64,000 nucleotides of DNA from Octopus bimaculoides (taxonomy: Eukaryota): the NCBI RefSeq assembly GCF_001194135.2, contig NC_068987.1, forward strand, positions 98,205,032 through 98,269,031, given 5' to 3'. The notes beneath the pieces were generated by a model. The model saw only the letters and a program-made list of their open reading frames with translations. It was not told where the DNA came from and ran no database searches. Positions 11,863-25,111 of the stretch are shown one piece after another (positions within the stretch are counted from its first letter, which is position 1; every line of letters begins with the position of its first letter). The translations under genes and the position numbers were made by a program.

Positions 11863-13329
11863 ATATAACAGTGTACTGTTCCGTGATGGTAAGATCAACA
11901 AAAAAAGTAGTCCGTCTCCATTACATGAAACTATATATTAGTCGCTTCTAATAACATATACTATTCTTATTAAATCGCACACACACACACATACCAACTC
12001 ATACACACACTCGCATATGTATTTATCGATAGATAGATAAATAGACAGACAGACAGACGGATAGATTTCCACACACACATCACTCTTTTAATCTATAGCA
12101 AATTCGCGAGTTCTCCCCCTTATAGATTTTTAAATAATTATCTTAAATATCAATAGTTTTTCTTCTCGTTACAAATATAATTTTTTTTGTTGAAAAAAGT
12201 TATACACAGTTCAAAAAGTTTGCTATGTCAGACTTCATTTAACTGTATATTATTCATGCGGAATGCCCTCTGGGGAAATGTTTCAATAACATTCTTTTAA
12301 TTTACCTAATCAGTAAATTTTTTCGAGACAAATTTAATCGACAAACACGTTAGCACAGACATTTGCACTTTGAAAACAAAATATACTGGTGAAAACCAAA
12401 ACAAAATATTCCACAGACGAGTAAATTTGTTTAAAATTTTAAAGACATTATGTATTAGGCGTTGTATATCTATTAGACATTGAATAAATATTCCGTGTTG
12501 TATACCTATTAGGCATTCTATAGCTTGGATGTCGTAAGAGGACTAGACATCGATAAGTACTGTTTATACCAAATATGTTCTCTTTCGAGATCAATGGTAT
12601 CCCTATACACATACATACACATAGATAAATACATATGTTCGTATATATATATGTACATGTATATATGTGTGTCTGTGTGTGTCTGTGTATCTATATATAT
12701 ATATATATACATATGAAACACAGTTGTATAGTATCCCACTTGTAAAGGAACGATGTAACATGGGTTGAAACGATCGTTGTGATGAATAAAAATGAATAAA
12801 TTTACTCGTCGTCTTCCATTTTCCGCTTCCATAATAAGTCTCAAACATGCATTTGTTATACATACATACATACATATATGTTTGTATGTGTTTATGTAAG
12901 TATTGTGTTGTTACCACTGTGCTTGTGGTGCTGTTCGTTGTAACTCAAAATCCAACCTGGTTTTCGAAGACAGTTTGCTTAGATATTTATTTCCTGAAAT
13001 ATCCTGAGTTGTAATGTTCTTCATGTCATTGAGAGAAGAGAACTTCCTTGCTAGTTGCCAAATTTCTTTCGGTCATCCTTCTGCTTGTATGTATTGATTA
13101 TTTGCTCACCTTTGAATTGATGGAGGATGTTACCGCAGTACCAGCATTATCTTAATATTTAGAAAAATCTATTGCGATATGTCTTTAAGCCATATTGATA
13201 CACTTCTGATTTTTAGCTCATGAAAAATCCACGAGAAGTGTATAGTTCAATGTGACTTAATTTTCATCTTATTCATTAACTTTATGAAGATTTTTGACGG
13301 TGTGTGAATTGAAGACAAATGAAACCTGC

Positions 13330-13520
13330 CAAAATAAATGCATTCCCGAATATATTTGTGAAGATTCTTATGCAATTTCACAATGATATATCTGCTTCGA
13401 CTACTCTTGAATACGCCAGCTCTGTTTTATTTTTTCTGGTCTCCTATGAAGTAAAACATGGGTCTATACTAATGCTAACACTTTGTGCACTACGTCTTGG
13501 AAGTGTGCATGAAAGCCTGT
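13330..13520 (+). mobile_element. Highly degraded RTE-like reverse transcriptase remnant
   Basis: PNIFVKILMQFHNDISASTTL...LVSYEVKHGSILMLTL resembles RTE RT P.KFI..IRQFHDGM.A.V...F.V..GVKQGCVLAPTLF. Confidence 0.4.
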
Positions 13521-13651
13521 AAAGCAAATTCACTGGTGGTGTGTTTATTCGCACAAAATTGTTTAGCGCGTTGTAGAACATATTTAGATGAAGACATTTC
13601 AAGTAGCATCGTGATATGCCATTCGTGCAGTTATTTTTTATGGTATCTCAG

Positions 13652-13800
13652 CTCTGGCATGACTATGTGGTAAGAAATTTGCTTTCTAACCACATGCTTT
13701 AAGGTTCGGTGTCAGCGCGTGACACCTTGGCTAAGTACCTTAAACTATAACTGCGGGCCGCCCAAAACATTTGTGAATAGATTTCGTAGACAGAAACTCG
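13652..13800 (+). mobile_element. Old diverged SINE family A 5' half
   Basis: GACTATGTGGTAAGAAATTTGCTTTCTAACCACATG...GACACCTTGGCTAAGT...GTAGACAGAAACT follows the family A head and body. Confidence 0.6.
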
Positions 13801-14513
13801 GTGCAGAGATCCAGGCTGTGGTCGCTTTAAGGGATCTTATTTATCGATTATAGAAACAACTTAACATAGAACAGTGAACAAAAGGCAGCGTTTCCCGAGA
13901 GCCGTAGTATCTCGCTGTTGCATTCGGTTGAAACTTTCTCATTCGTCGTCGGAATAATAGGAAGTTGAATCAGTTGAAACAGCTACGATTTATAATAAAA
14001 AATTTAAGGCGAGGTAACACTTTTGTGCTAGGACATCCAGCAGCGTGAAAATATATCTACTCCTGGATCTGTTCTGCTGGATGAGACACTATAGTGAAAT
14101 CTAGAACCTCCACAACTTTTAGAGTGAACTGAAGTGTGGAAGCAGCGTAGAAAGCCGACTTACATAGGGATGCCATGAAACAGCATTTCAACGAAAAGGG
14201 TGGTCAGAATACGATTGGCAGAAAAGTAAAACGAAAAGACTTCAAATATGACATAATTTTCCAGGAAACTGGGAGTACCGAAGGTATTCTGCAATACCGG
14301 CATTTAGAGTTCTGTTAGGAGAGTTAGTTGACAAAATACCACGAAGAATAAAAGCATTTGATGTCGACGCTCCTTTACTATAATATAAAAATCTGCTACC
14401 AAATTATTCTGGATTAAGAGTAAAAGCCACTTAGAGACAAACATACACACATACATACATACATAGATACATATATACATACATACATACATACAGATAT
14501 ATATACATATGGA

Positions 14514-14552
<39 letters not shown>

Positions 14553-14819
14553 CCATAGGTATATATATCNNNNNNNNNNATATATGTATCTATATGTATG
14601 CACACATGCATAAACATACACACACACACACTCACACAAACACACACACACACATATATATATGTGCATCTCTGTGCATAAATATTAATGACGGTGAATC
14701 TGTCTTGAAACACGCATGACATTTAGAAAGGTAAATATGCATGTTTATCATATTAACAGAATCTAAGATGCATTGATAATATTGGTAATAATGCTTTCGA
14801 CAATAGCAATTGTTGTTTT

Positions 14820-14839
14820 AGTTATTGATGTTGTTGTTA

Positions 14840-14871
<32 letters not shown>

Positions 14872-15015
14872 GTTGTTGTTGTTGTTGTTGTTATTACTAT
14901 TGTTGTTATTGTTATTATTGTTATCATCATCATCATCATCATCATCGTCATCACCATCATCATCATCATCATCATCATCATCACTATTATTACTATTATT
15001 ATTATTATTATTATT
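14820..15015. repeat. Compound trinucleotide microsatellite (TTA/TTG/ATC)n
   Basis: Read directly from the sequence; source of the poly-I/V/L/S/M ORFs. Confidence 0.95.
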
Positions 15016-15093
15016 GGATTTTCCTGCTATAGACGAGTTGCGTGAGATCTGAAGAAATCATCGGATTTGTTTTATATATTTTTTGTTATCTTA

Positions 15094-15138
<45 letters not shown>

Positions 15139-16079
15139 NNNNNNNNNNNNNNNNNNNNNNNNNNNNNNNNNNNNNNNNNNNNNNNNNNNNNNNNNNNNNN
15201 NNNNNNNNNNNNNNNNNNNNNNNNNNNNNNNNNNNNNNNNNNNNNNNNNNNNNNNNNNNNNNNNNNNNNNNNNNNNNNNNNNNNNNNNNNNNNNNNNNNN
15301 NNNNNNNNNNNNNNNNNNNNNNNNNNNNNNNNNNNNNNNNNNNNNNNNNNNNNNNNNNNNNNNNNNNNNNNNNNNNNNNNNNNNNNNNNNNNNNNNNNNN
15401 NNNNNNNNNNNNNNNNNNNNNNNNNNNNNNNNNNNNNNNNNNNNNNNNNNNNNNNNNNNNNNNNNNNNNNNNNNNNNNNNNNNNNNNNNNNNNNNNNNNN
15501 NNNNNNNNNNNNNNNNNNNNNNNNNNNNNNNNNNNNNNNNNNNNNNNNNNNNNNNNNNNNNNNNNNNNNNNNNNNNNNNNNNNNNNNNNNNNNNNNNNNN
15601 NNNNNNNNNNNNNNNNNNNNNNNNNNNNNNNNNNNNNNNNNNNNNNNNNNNNNNNNNNNNNNNNNNNNNNNNNNNNNNNNNNNNNNNNNNNNNNNNNNNN
15701 NNNNNNNNNNNNNNNNNNNNNNNNNNNNNNNNNNNNGACTCTTGGGAAAAAAAAAAAAAAAAAAATTGGGAGAGATATCTCACAAAATTTCTGCTTTCTT
15801 GCATATCAATATTTTAAAGAAACAGTAATGAAAAATTGACATTCTTGTGCTTCTTGAAAAAAAAAGCTATTCAGTGCATCCCATCCTTAAATGAAATGAT
15901 AAAAAAAAAAAAAAATGGTAGATTTCTGAGATAATAATAAAAGATGTTAGATGTCTGGCATAGGGATATATGGATTGGATTTTCAAGACTGAAGATGACA
16001 CAGAGAGCAGGCAGAATTTGAGCGTCTTATGTTAACGTGTAGGCCAGTTCTGCAGTGTATTCAACAGCGTAAAACGAAA

Positions 16080-16560
16080 CTCTGCTAGCAGTTGTTCATA
16101 CGTTGACCGATTTCGGTGCCATTTTTAAAGCTGTATGGCTGCAGTGAATTTGCTCAGTAGTTGGGGCAAATGATTAGAGTAAATGGCCACCTATCAGAAT
16201 CATTCAGCATAATGCATTTGGTCGCCAAGCTTAATCACTCTGGTCTCTTATGTTTTGTTTCCAGAACCTCTTTTGTGGAAACTAGCAATGTTGCAGCAAA
16301 TTCTATGCAAGCTAAATGTGGAAGATCTGAGTCAGTATACGCGTGTGACGTCATCATAATAATGTATAACACGAAGCAGACCGAGGTGATCAGCACCGCT
16401 CTAAGAAATTACTAAATGATGGAAATAACGCAGGAAAAGTCAGTGGACCTGCTGCTAGGCACTTGGAGAGGCAAGCCCAGACCGTTGACGGCATCATGGT
16501 GTACTGGACGTATGAACTGGTTAAATTGGCCGCGGTCTGGTTTAGCATATCACCAACTGC
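16080..16560 (+). mobile_element. Degraded L1/Tx1-like LINE reverse transcriptase fragment
   Basis: IRVNGHLSESFSI, SVYACDVIII (decayed YADD motif), EKSVDLLLGTWRGKP and ELVKLAAVWF appear in the order expected for Tx1-type RT subdomains. Confidence 0.65.
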
Positions 16561-16595
16561 TTCCTTCTTGTTGTTTTTAACTGCAGCTCTCGGAG

Positions 16596-16707
16596 TTCTT
16601 CTTCTTCTTCTTCTTCTTCTTCTTCTTCTTCTTCTTCTTCTTCTTCTTCTTCTTCTTCTTCTTCTTCTTCTTCTTCTTCTTCTTCTTCTTCTTCTTCTTC
16701 TTCTTCT
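16596..16707. repeat. Pure (CTT)n microsatellite
   Basis: Read directly from the sequence. Confidence 0.97.
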
Positions 16708-17429
16708 CATCATCATCACCACCATCATNNNNNNNNNNNNNNNNNNNNNNNNNNNNNNNNNNNNNNNNNNNNNNNNNNNNNNNNNNNNNNNNNNNNNNNN
16801 NNNNNNNNNNNNNNNNNNNNNNNNNNNNNNNNNNNNNNNNNNNNNNNNNNNNNNNNNNNNNNNNNNNNNNNNNNNNNNNNNNNNNNNNNNNNNNNNNNNN
16901 NNNNNNNNNNNNNNNNNNNNNNNNNNNNNNNNNNNNNNNNNNNNNNNNNNNNNNNNNNNNNNNNNNNNNNNNNNNNNNNNNNNNNNNNNNNNNNNNNNNN
17001 NNNNNNNNNNNNNNNNNNNNNNNNNNNNNNNNNNNNNNNNNNNNNNNNNNNNNNNNNNNNNNNNNNNNNNNNNNNNNNNNNNNNNNNNNNNNNNNNNNNN
17101 NNNNNNNNNNNNNNNNNNNNNNNNNNNNNNNNNNNNNNNNNNNNNNNNNNNNNNNNNNNNNNNNNNNNNNNNNNNNNNNNNNNNNNNNNNNNNNNNNNNN
17201 NNNNNNNNNNNNNNNNNNNNNNNNNNNNNNNNNNNNNNNNNNNNNNNNNNNNNNNNNNNNNNNNNNNNNNNNNNNNNNNNNNNNNNNNNNNNNNNNNNNN
17301 NNNNNNNNNNNNNNNNNNNNNNNNNNNNNNNNNNNNNNNNNNNNNNNNNNNNNNNNNNNNNNNNNNNNNNNNNNNNNNNNNNNNNNNNNNNNNNNNNNNN
17401 NNNNNNNNNNNNNNNNNNNNNNNNNNNNN

Positions 17430-17489
<60 letters not shown>

Positions 17490-18323
17490 CAGATAGTTAG
17501 ATAGATAGTTCTTCAATGTGTGTGTGTGCGTTCGAGTATACATATATTTTCATGGGTGCAAAATGTGTCTGTTTTCTATCTCTTTAAATTATACATTATC
17601 CATCAATTTTTCTGGGAGTATTGTCAATTGAGATAACTTGTCCGTAGTTTGTCTCACATATTCTCCGTTTAATTTGTACCCCCGTGCCTGCATCCACCTA
17701 TGACTTTGTGCGTATCTGTGCGTATGTTTGCGCGTATGTGTTCGTACGTATATCATATACTCTTTTATGTTTGTGTATGTGTGGGAGTAGCAGTGTAAAT
17801 ATGATATTTGAATATATACCACTAGAATATAACAGTTTCCCTTATGTGTGCATCTGAGGGATAATTATTTCGCAAAAGGACTTCGTAAAATAATGCTTAA
17901 AGACTAACGCTATTTATCTTCATGAAAATAACAACACAATAATATTTCATCTTCCGAACGTATTCAAACATCACAAAAATATATCCCGAAAATAATTGTT
18001 TCTCGTCTAGACGGAACAATTTTGGGAAATTGCCATGTCATGTAGGTCATTTAATGTATAGCCACTTTTATGATGGGATTGTATGCATTCGCGGCATATC
18101 TTGTATAAAATTGGCATCTAAGTGCCGCCACTGATTAATAACAGGACACCAGATGTAAAAGAGAGCAACGAATGGAAAATAGCTTTAAAAATTCTTGGGT
18201 ACGTAAATTTTTAAATGAAATCAGAATCCTTTGAATATATATGTATGTATGTATGTATGTATATATGTATTTATGTACGTATGCATGTATGCATTATGTA
18301 TATGTATGTATGTGTGTGTATAC

Positions 18324-18403
<80 letters not shown>

Positions 18404-18424
18404 ATACAGAGTAATACATACATA

Positions 18425-18473
<49 letters not shown>

Positions 18474-18677
18474 GTATATATATTTATATATATTTATATA
18501 AATCTCTGTTAATCAACCAGAAGCAATAAATTCCAGTATTTAATATATTTGAGAAGATAAAGTGCTGCATAGCACTGGATCCACTTTTCAGGATAATCTT
18601 ATCAGTGGTCATTTTTAAGTGTCAAAACGCTAACTTCTTCATTCACCACTGAGACAGCATAAAGTAGTGTCGTAATA

Positions 18678-19125
18678 ATGGGGAAAAGTAAAGAACTCAC
18701 AAATTCAGTGAAAAACTTAATTATTGAACAGTGGAAAGCAGATAAAAGTTACAGGAAAATATCAGAGACCCTTTGTATTCCATTTTCTACTATATCTTCA
18801 GTAGAATCGTGAAATGTTGAAAACAGAATAAGATCCGATGCAATACGCAATATTTCCCCTAGATCTTTAAGAAATATGAAGTGAAGTATCAAAACAAAAA
18901 AAGAAAAAAAACGCAATGATCAACAGAAAGGAGTTGCCAGAAGATTTCTTAGCTTCAGGGACTAGTGCTACACTATGAACAACCAGCTATGAACTTCATA
19001 GGAATGAACTGAAGTCATGCTCTCCTAGAAAAACTGCACATTTGACTGAAAGGCATAGAGATGCCCGTTTAAAATTTGTTTTATGAACATAAAGATAAAT
19101 CTGATACATTCTGGGAAAATGTTCT
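18678..19125 (+). mobile_element. Tc1-like transposase N-terminal remnant, truncated just before the first catalytic Asp
   Basis: MGKSKELTNSVKNLIIEQWKADKSYRKISETLCIPFSTISSV (HTH), SPRKTAHLTERHRDARLKFV and HKDKSDTFWENVL, where WSDE would normally follow. Confidence 0.7.
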
Positions 19126-20945
19126 CTCTTTCCTCCTCCCTCCCCTCTCCATCCTCTTTGTCTCCTTGCCTCTAACTGTCCTCCTGCGTTAGACGCATTA
19201 TATTTCTCTTACCTCTCAGCGCTATCTATCTCATCCTCTCTCTCTCTCTCTCTCACTCCCTCTTACTTCCTCCTCTTTTCCGCTTTGTCTCTCACTTCAA
19301 CAATGCTTCCCCTGCCTCTGTCCCGCCCCTCTCTCCTGCTTTGCCACTCACTCTGCTTAACATCTTTTACATTATTTACATTATTTACTTTTGACGGATA
19401 TTTGCCATCAAGCAAAGAATATAAGTAGAGAAGAAATGATCAAGCTCAGTAACAATCTATTAAGCAAATTCTGTCTAGCGTTTACCGCTGTAACGATTTC
19501 TGGTGCAAAAAAAAAAAAATTATTCGGTGTTTTTGTGTATCCGTAAATAGCCATGCCTAGAAGAAAAGTGTTAAGTTTGTTCTCAATGCCAACGTCAGCC
19601 AAAAGAATGTCTCTGTCGACGGAAAGAAAGATACCTGGAAAAAAAAGGAATCACGCCAAGAAAGAAACAGACAATGCACTACAGCAGCCAGTGCATCTGA
19701 GAATGATGAGACAAGAGCTATGCTGCAAAAACAAAACAAGTAGCTCACTGCTGCTGCCCAAGCATCTCAAACTGCCGATCAGAGGTATGCACGCCTGACA
19801 AGGAATAGGATCTTCACTGTGGAAGGAAGAGCAGTTACAGCAGCTCAGAGAAGCAGCTTTCAACTATGGTCTAGCAGTTAATTATGGAGATGACACTAAA
19901 GTTTCCATTGGTGCAATGACAACTGAGTGCATACACTGTAAAGCAAGGAAGTGACTTGGCGAGACACCTGGGTTGAGCTGCTGTGGCGCAAAGGTTAAAC
20001 TCTCTGCAATGCCACGAGGGTTCATATTCATGGTGACCTATTAGCTGCAGAGCTCTCAAAGAAGTTACTTGACAATGGAAATGGAAAACTTCCACAGGAT
20101 CCAGAAGATAGTCTGCACCACCTCTCATGTGGCAATATGACTGTCTCCCTTGAAGAACTGAAGTGCAAGGTATTTCCAAACATTGCCACAAACAACAAAA
20201 GTCACAAGTGGCTATGTGAAAGAACAATTCTGTTACCAAGGTATGATGCTGTAGACAAGCTGAATCTAAATTTGTTGCCACAGCTTCCAGGAACTGAGAG
20301 TTCATGCAGATCAATTGACTCAACAAGAACAAGCAACGCATTACCTTGGAGTTCTTCAAATGCTGTTAAGAAACCTTGATGCACCCAGGCTCTGCAACGA
20401 AACAAGGCTGGTTGTTAAAACAGCCATGCCCAATGTGTTGGAAGCAACAATAATTACAGGCAACATTATATGTGAGAATGTCTTCATTTCGTTGATCCTT
20501 CTTATCTCAAGAGACTGCAGTTTCCTGTCAAAGTGAGCTTAGCAATGACTATCAACAGAACACAAGGTCAATCTCTAAAAGTGGTTGAACTTAACTTGCT
20601 TCTACCATGCTTCTCACATGGTAAGCTGTATGTTGGATATTCCAGGGTTGGCGATTAAAAGAACGTCAATATTCTCAGTGATAAACATGGCAAGACAGAA
20701 AACAGAGTATATGAAGAAGCACTTACATGAATGATATGTGGATGTAATGTACAGAAGTGTAAACGCTTTGAGTATTAAAAGTGAATATTACTTTCTGAGA
20801 AACACACAAATCTTACTACAAGCAAACAGTACTGAGTTAAGGCTATGAGTTTATAACCCGACTGAAACCAGGTCCTTCATATTTGTTGTTTACTAATCAG
20901 AATAAGAACAGCAGTAGCCCGGGCAACGCCGGGTAGTTCTGCTAG
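19126..20945 (+). mobile_element. Internally deleted Helitron: N-terminal Zn-finger region joined to Pif1-like helicase C-terminus, with intact 3' end
   Basis: GAMTTECIHCKARK*LGETPGLSCCGAKVKL (RepHel N-terminal Cys motif); RVHIHGDLLAAELSKKLLDNGNGK, WLCERTILLPR, MLLRNLDAPRLCNETRL and AMTINRTQGQSLKVV..FSHGKLYVGYSRV (helicase motifs). Terminal hairpin CCCGGGCAACGCCGGG (20918-20933) followed by CTAG (20942-20945). The 5' boundary is approximate. Confidence 0.85.
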
Positions 20946-21003
20946 CGTGTGTGTATGTATGAATGTATATATGTATATTATGTATATATGTATATTATGT
21001 GTA

Positions 21004-21041
<38 letters not shown>

Positions 21042-22120
21042 NNNNNNNNNNNNNNNNNNNNNNNNNNNNNNNNNNNNNNNNNNNNNNNNNNNNNNNNNNN
21101 NNNNNNNNNNNNNNNNNNNNNNNNNNNNNNNNNNNNNNNNNNNNNNNNNNNNNNNNNNNNNNNNNNNNNNNNNNNNNNNNNNNNNNNNNNNNNNNNNNNN
21201 NNNNNNNNNNNNNNNNNNNNNNNNNNNNNNNNNNNNNNNNNNNNNNNNNNNNNNNNNNNNNNNNNNNNNNNNNNNNNNNNNNNNNNNNNNNNNNNNNNNN
21301 NNNNNNNNNNNNNNNNNNNNNNNNNNNNNNNNNNNNNNNNNNNNNNNNNNNNNNNNNNNNNNNNNNNNNNNNNNNNNNNNNNNNNNNNNNNNNNNNNNNN
21401 NNNNNNNNNNNNNNNNNNNNNNNNNNNNNNNNNNNNNNNNNNNNNNNNNNNNNNNNNNNNNNNNNNNNNNNNNNNNNNNNNNNNNNNNNNNNNNNNNNNN
21501 NNNNNNNNNNNNNNNNNNNNNNNNNNNNNNNNNNNNNNNNNNNNNNNNNNNNNNNNNNNNNNNNNNNNNNNNNNNNNNNNNNNNNNNNNNNNNNNNNNNN
21601 NNNNNNNNNNNNNNNNNNNNNNNNNNNNNNNNNNNNNNNNNNNNNNNNNNNNNNNNNNNNNNNNNNNNNNNNNNNNNNNNNNNNNNNNNNNNNNNNNNNN
21701 NNNNNNNNNNNNNNNNNNNNNNNNNNNNNNNNNNNNNNNNNNNNNNNNNNNNNNNNNNNNNNNNNNNNNNNNNNNNNNNNNNNNNNNNNNNNNNNNNNNN
21801 NNNNNNNNNNNNNNNNNNNNNNNNNNNNNNNNNNNNNNNNNNNNNNNNNNNNNNNNNNNNNNNNNNNNNNNNNNNNNNNNNNNNNNNNNNNNNNNNNNNN
21901 NNNNNNNNNNNNNNNNNNNNNNNNNNNNNNNNNNNNNNNNNNNNNNNNNNNNNNNNNNNNNNNNNNNNNNNNNNNNNNNNNNNNNNNNNNNGTGTGTGTA
22001 TGTATGAATGTATATATGTATATTATGTATATATGTATATTATGTGTATATATATATATATATATACATACATACATGCATGCATACATACATACATACA
22101 TACACACACACATACACACA

Positions 22121-22432
22121 TATACGTGCGTGTAAGTATGTATGGTCCACGTGGACATAATTGGTTCTTTTATATATTTTTGTGTTCTTCATTTTTCCGC
22201 ACCACTATTCATCTAAAGAAGGACAATGACCAAAATATTACATTTATATGAGCGGCAAAATAATAATAATTTTACCATCAAAAATATTATTATTTTGCCG
22301 CTCATATAAATGTAATATCTTGGACATTGTCCTTCTTTAGATGAATAGTGGTGCGGAAAAATGAAGAACACAAAAATATATAAAAGAACCAATTATGTCC
22401 ACGTGGACCATACATACTTACACGCACGTATA
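22121..22432. repeat. Near-perfect long inverted repeat (153-bp arms, 6-nt loop)
   Basis: 22121-22273 is the reverse complement of 22280-22432 with three mismatches by manual comparison. Loop is ACCATC. Confidence 0.95.
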
Positions 22433-22585
22433 TGCATGTATGTGTGTGTGTATGTATGTATGTATTTATGTATGTATGTATGCATGCATGTATGCATGTA
22501 TATATATATATGTGTTTACGTATGCTTGATATATTTGTGCATCTATCTATCTATCTATCTATCTATTTAGCTATCTTTGCCTTTG

Positions 22586-22617
<32 letters not shown>

Positions 22618-22681
22618 GCTGTCTCTCTGTTCCTCTCGCTGTCTCTCTATACTCTTCTCTCTGTGTATATATACATACATA

Positions 22682-22716
<35 letters not shown>

Positions 22717-23342
22717 GTATATGTGTGTGTGTTTGTGTTTGTGTGAGTATGTTTCTGTGACTTATATTCGCATCTGTTCGAAAATGTATTCTGGTAATAA
22801 ATCTGACAAATATAATTTTCTTTCTGTTAAATAACTGATCAGAGTTTTCTCTCTTAATTTATATATTTTTTTCTTTTCATGCTGTTCTTATGCCCCAATA
22901 TTCTTGTAAGTATAATCAGCCATTGCCAAAATATTATTAGTCATCTCAAATGCATTCAAATTTTTGACCACTATAAAATGAAATATATTTAGTATATTAC
23001 TTAGTAAATATTCGATTCTTAGCCGTAGTAGTTTTATTCAATGGAAATAGATTCAATGAAATTTGGTGAGTTACTACGAACGGCTATAGTTACAGAGTCT
23101 GATATTGTATTACAGGTGACATCCTCCATTACTGAGAAACCGCATATTAAATCACCTCGTTAATATAGTTTTACGACAGCCATAAACTGACATCAGGCTA
23201 ACTCTCAACAGAGGAAACTTTTAAATGATGAAGTATTTAGTAAAGAACAGACAGTTACCTGCCAAGTGGACATTACGCAAGCTAACTGTGTTTGGGTAAC
23301 ATTTTCTAACGAACCCACAACTCGTTTTTTAATAATCTACAC

Positions 23343-23510
23343 GTACGCCGGGCGAAATGCTTTCTGATTTCAAGTTCTGCCGAGGTCGACTTTGCGTTTC
23401 ATCCTTTCGGGGTCGATAAATTAAGTACCTGTTGCGTACTGGGGTCGATCTAATCCACTGGCCCCTTCCTCAAAAATTTTCGGGCCTCGTGCCTAGAGTA
23501 GAAACGAATA
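23343..23510 (+). mobile_element. SINE family B fragment
   Basis: CGCCGGGCGAAATGC...CCGAGGTCGACTTTGCGTTTCATCCTTTCGGGGTCGATAAATTAAGTACC...CTGGGGTCGATCTAATC. Confidence 0.75.
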
Positions 23511-23949
23511 ATATATACATATAAGCATAAAATCTCGAGAAATGGTAGCATTGAAGTGTTTCTCAAAAGTGCGCACTGTGTGTGCTGAGCAACACATATT
23601 ACGAACTGGTTCATATCACGACAGACAACTCAAAAAGGCTATGCCACGTCTTCTGTAATATAAGAGACTCGTGGAATAAAAGATAAAGAAAAAGAAATTG
23701 GAGATTAAGTTTCTTGGTGCTGAATTTGTTCCTGGTTTGAAGGAGAATAGACGATTTTATGAACAGAGTAGCAAGTCTCTTCCAGAAATCACTTGAGAGG
23801 CAATTGTATTTGAAACCAGAAGTAGTGAACGTCTACTTTAACCCCCATAATATATACCCCTACGTTCTTACCTACCATACATTTCATTTGCTGAATACGG
23901 ATCGTCTACTTTTACCTTTCCTTATAAAAGTGTCGGGTTTTCGGGAGAG

Positions 23950-24700
23950 AAGTTTCGTTTGCCTCCCTCACGCACTATTATGAAGGTTGTGACTAGTAAG
24001 GCTCAAGCATTCACTGAGGCTGGGACGTATGCAGAGATCTGTAGATGGTGAGCAAAGGTTGTCACCTGTTTATGAAACACACTTCCTCAAATTTCATCAC
24101 TTCCACAAAACTGCAGTTCCTAGTCAGGCGACGACCAAGGTTGGCTTTCTTGCATTTGTAATGTTGTTAAACCCTTACACCTCACTATCAATCGGACTAT
24201 ATGATCGGTGAAACATCTCATTTCTATAGAGGGTTAATGGCATAAAATAGCGGTGACATTCTCTGGAAGGACCTTGACGTTGTCAAAGATCATCTAAGCA
24301 ATTATTCTGGGTGACAGAGTACGCTTCATATCAACATCTTCCAGAAATTCCTAGCTTAATAGAGCAACTGTTGGGATATAGGGAAATTATTGATTCAATA
24401 AAGTTTACAAGCATGGAGGTATTCTCAGTCTCATCTGTCTAAAATGTGCGGTGAGCCATGAAACCGTTTTTCATGCATTAATTTCAGTGTCCAAGCATGA
24501 TGAGCTATTACGAATGCTTATACACAGGATCCATTTCGACGGCATGAGGACGGAACACTATTTCTAAGAAGGCCTTATCGTCAATTTCCACTTGAAGCAG
24601 AGTACAAGGATGGAGGAAATGGTAGCCTGAATATATGCTTGATGAAAAATAGCTACAAGTGGAAACACTGTTACACGCAACCGTTACAGTTCCTAAACTC
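23950..24700 (+). mobile_element. Highly degraded L1/Tx1-like ORF2 3' remnant
   Basis: CLKCAVSHETVFHAL..CP near 24435-24495 resembles the LINE C-terminal CCHC knuckle. Upstream HSLRLGRMQRSVDGEQ gives weak support. Confidence 0.4.
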
Positions 24701-24979
24701 TACTTGGAGATTGCCTGGAGTATAAACCATATTGGGCGGGATGCAATATAAAATTTTGCGACATTTTGTCTATTAAAAATGGTTATTACTAATACATTGT
24801 AAGTTTCATTATATGCATTTGTAAATCATGTGTATGCTTGTTTAGATTGTTTTACATCTGACAACCGTTCCTATATGATAAAGTATTTTATAATCCTTTT
24901 GTATAAAGTGCTTTGTAGATTGATATTGGGAACAATAAAGCAGCAATTATCAGTTCCATTTTTATCCTTTGCCAGTAAC

Positions 24980-25083
24980 AAGAAGAAGAAGAAGAAGAAG
25001 AAGAAGAAGAAGAAGAAGAAGAAGAAGAAGAAGAAGAAGAAGAAGAAGAAGAAGAAGAAGAAGAAGAAGAAGAAGAAGAAGAA
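24980..25083. repeat. Pure (AAG)n microsatellite
   Basis: Read directly from the sequence; source of the poly-K/R/F ORFs. Confidence 0.97.
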
Positions 25084-25111
25084 TAACAGCAACAACTACA
25101 ACAATAATAAT

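Noticed and set aside
14170-14300. Possible exon (DAMKQHFNEKGGQNTIGRKVKRKDFKYDIIFQETGSTE) with AG/GT borders
   Set aside because: No recognisable domain, weak polypyrimidine tract, and no partner exons found.
20947-22070. Repeated sequence on either side of the 950-nt gap
   Set aside because: An identical low-complexity stretch restarts after the gap; most likely an unmerged overlap, so the gap size may be false.
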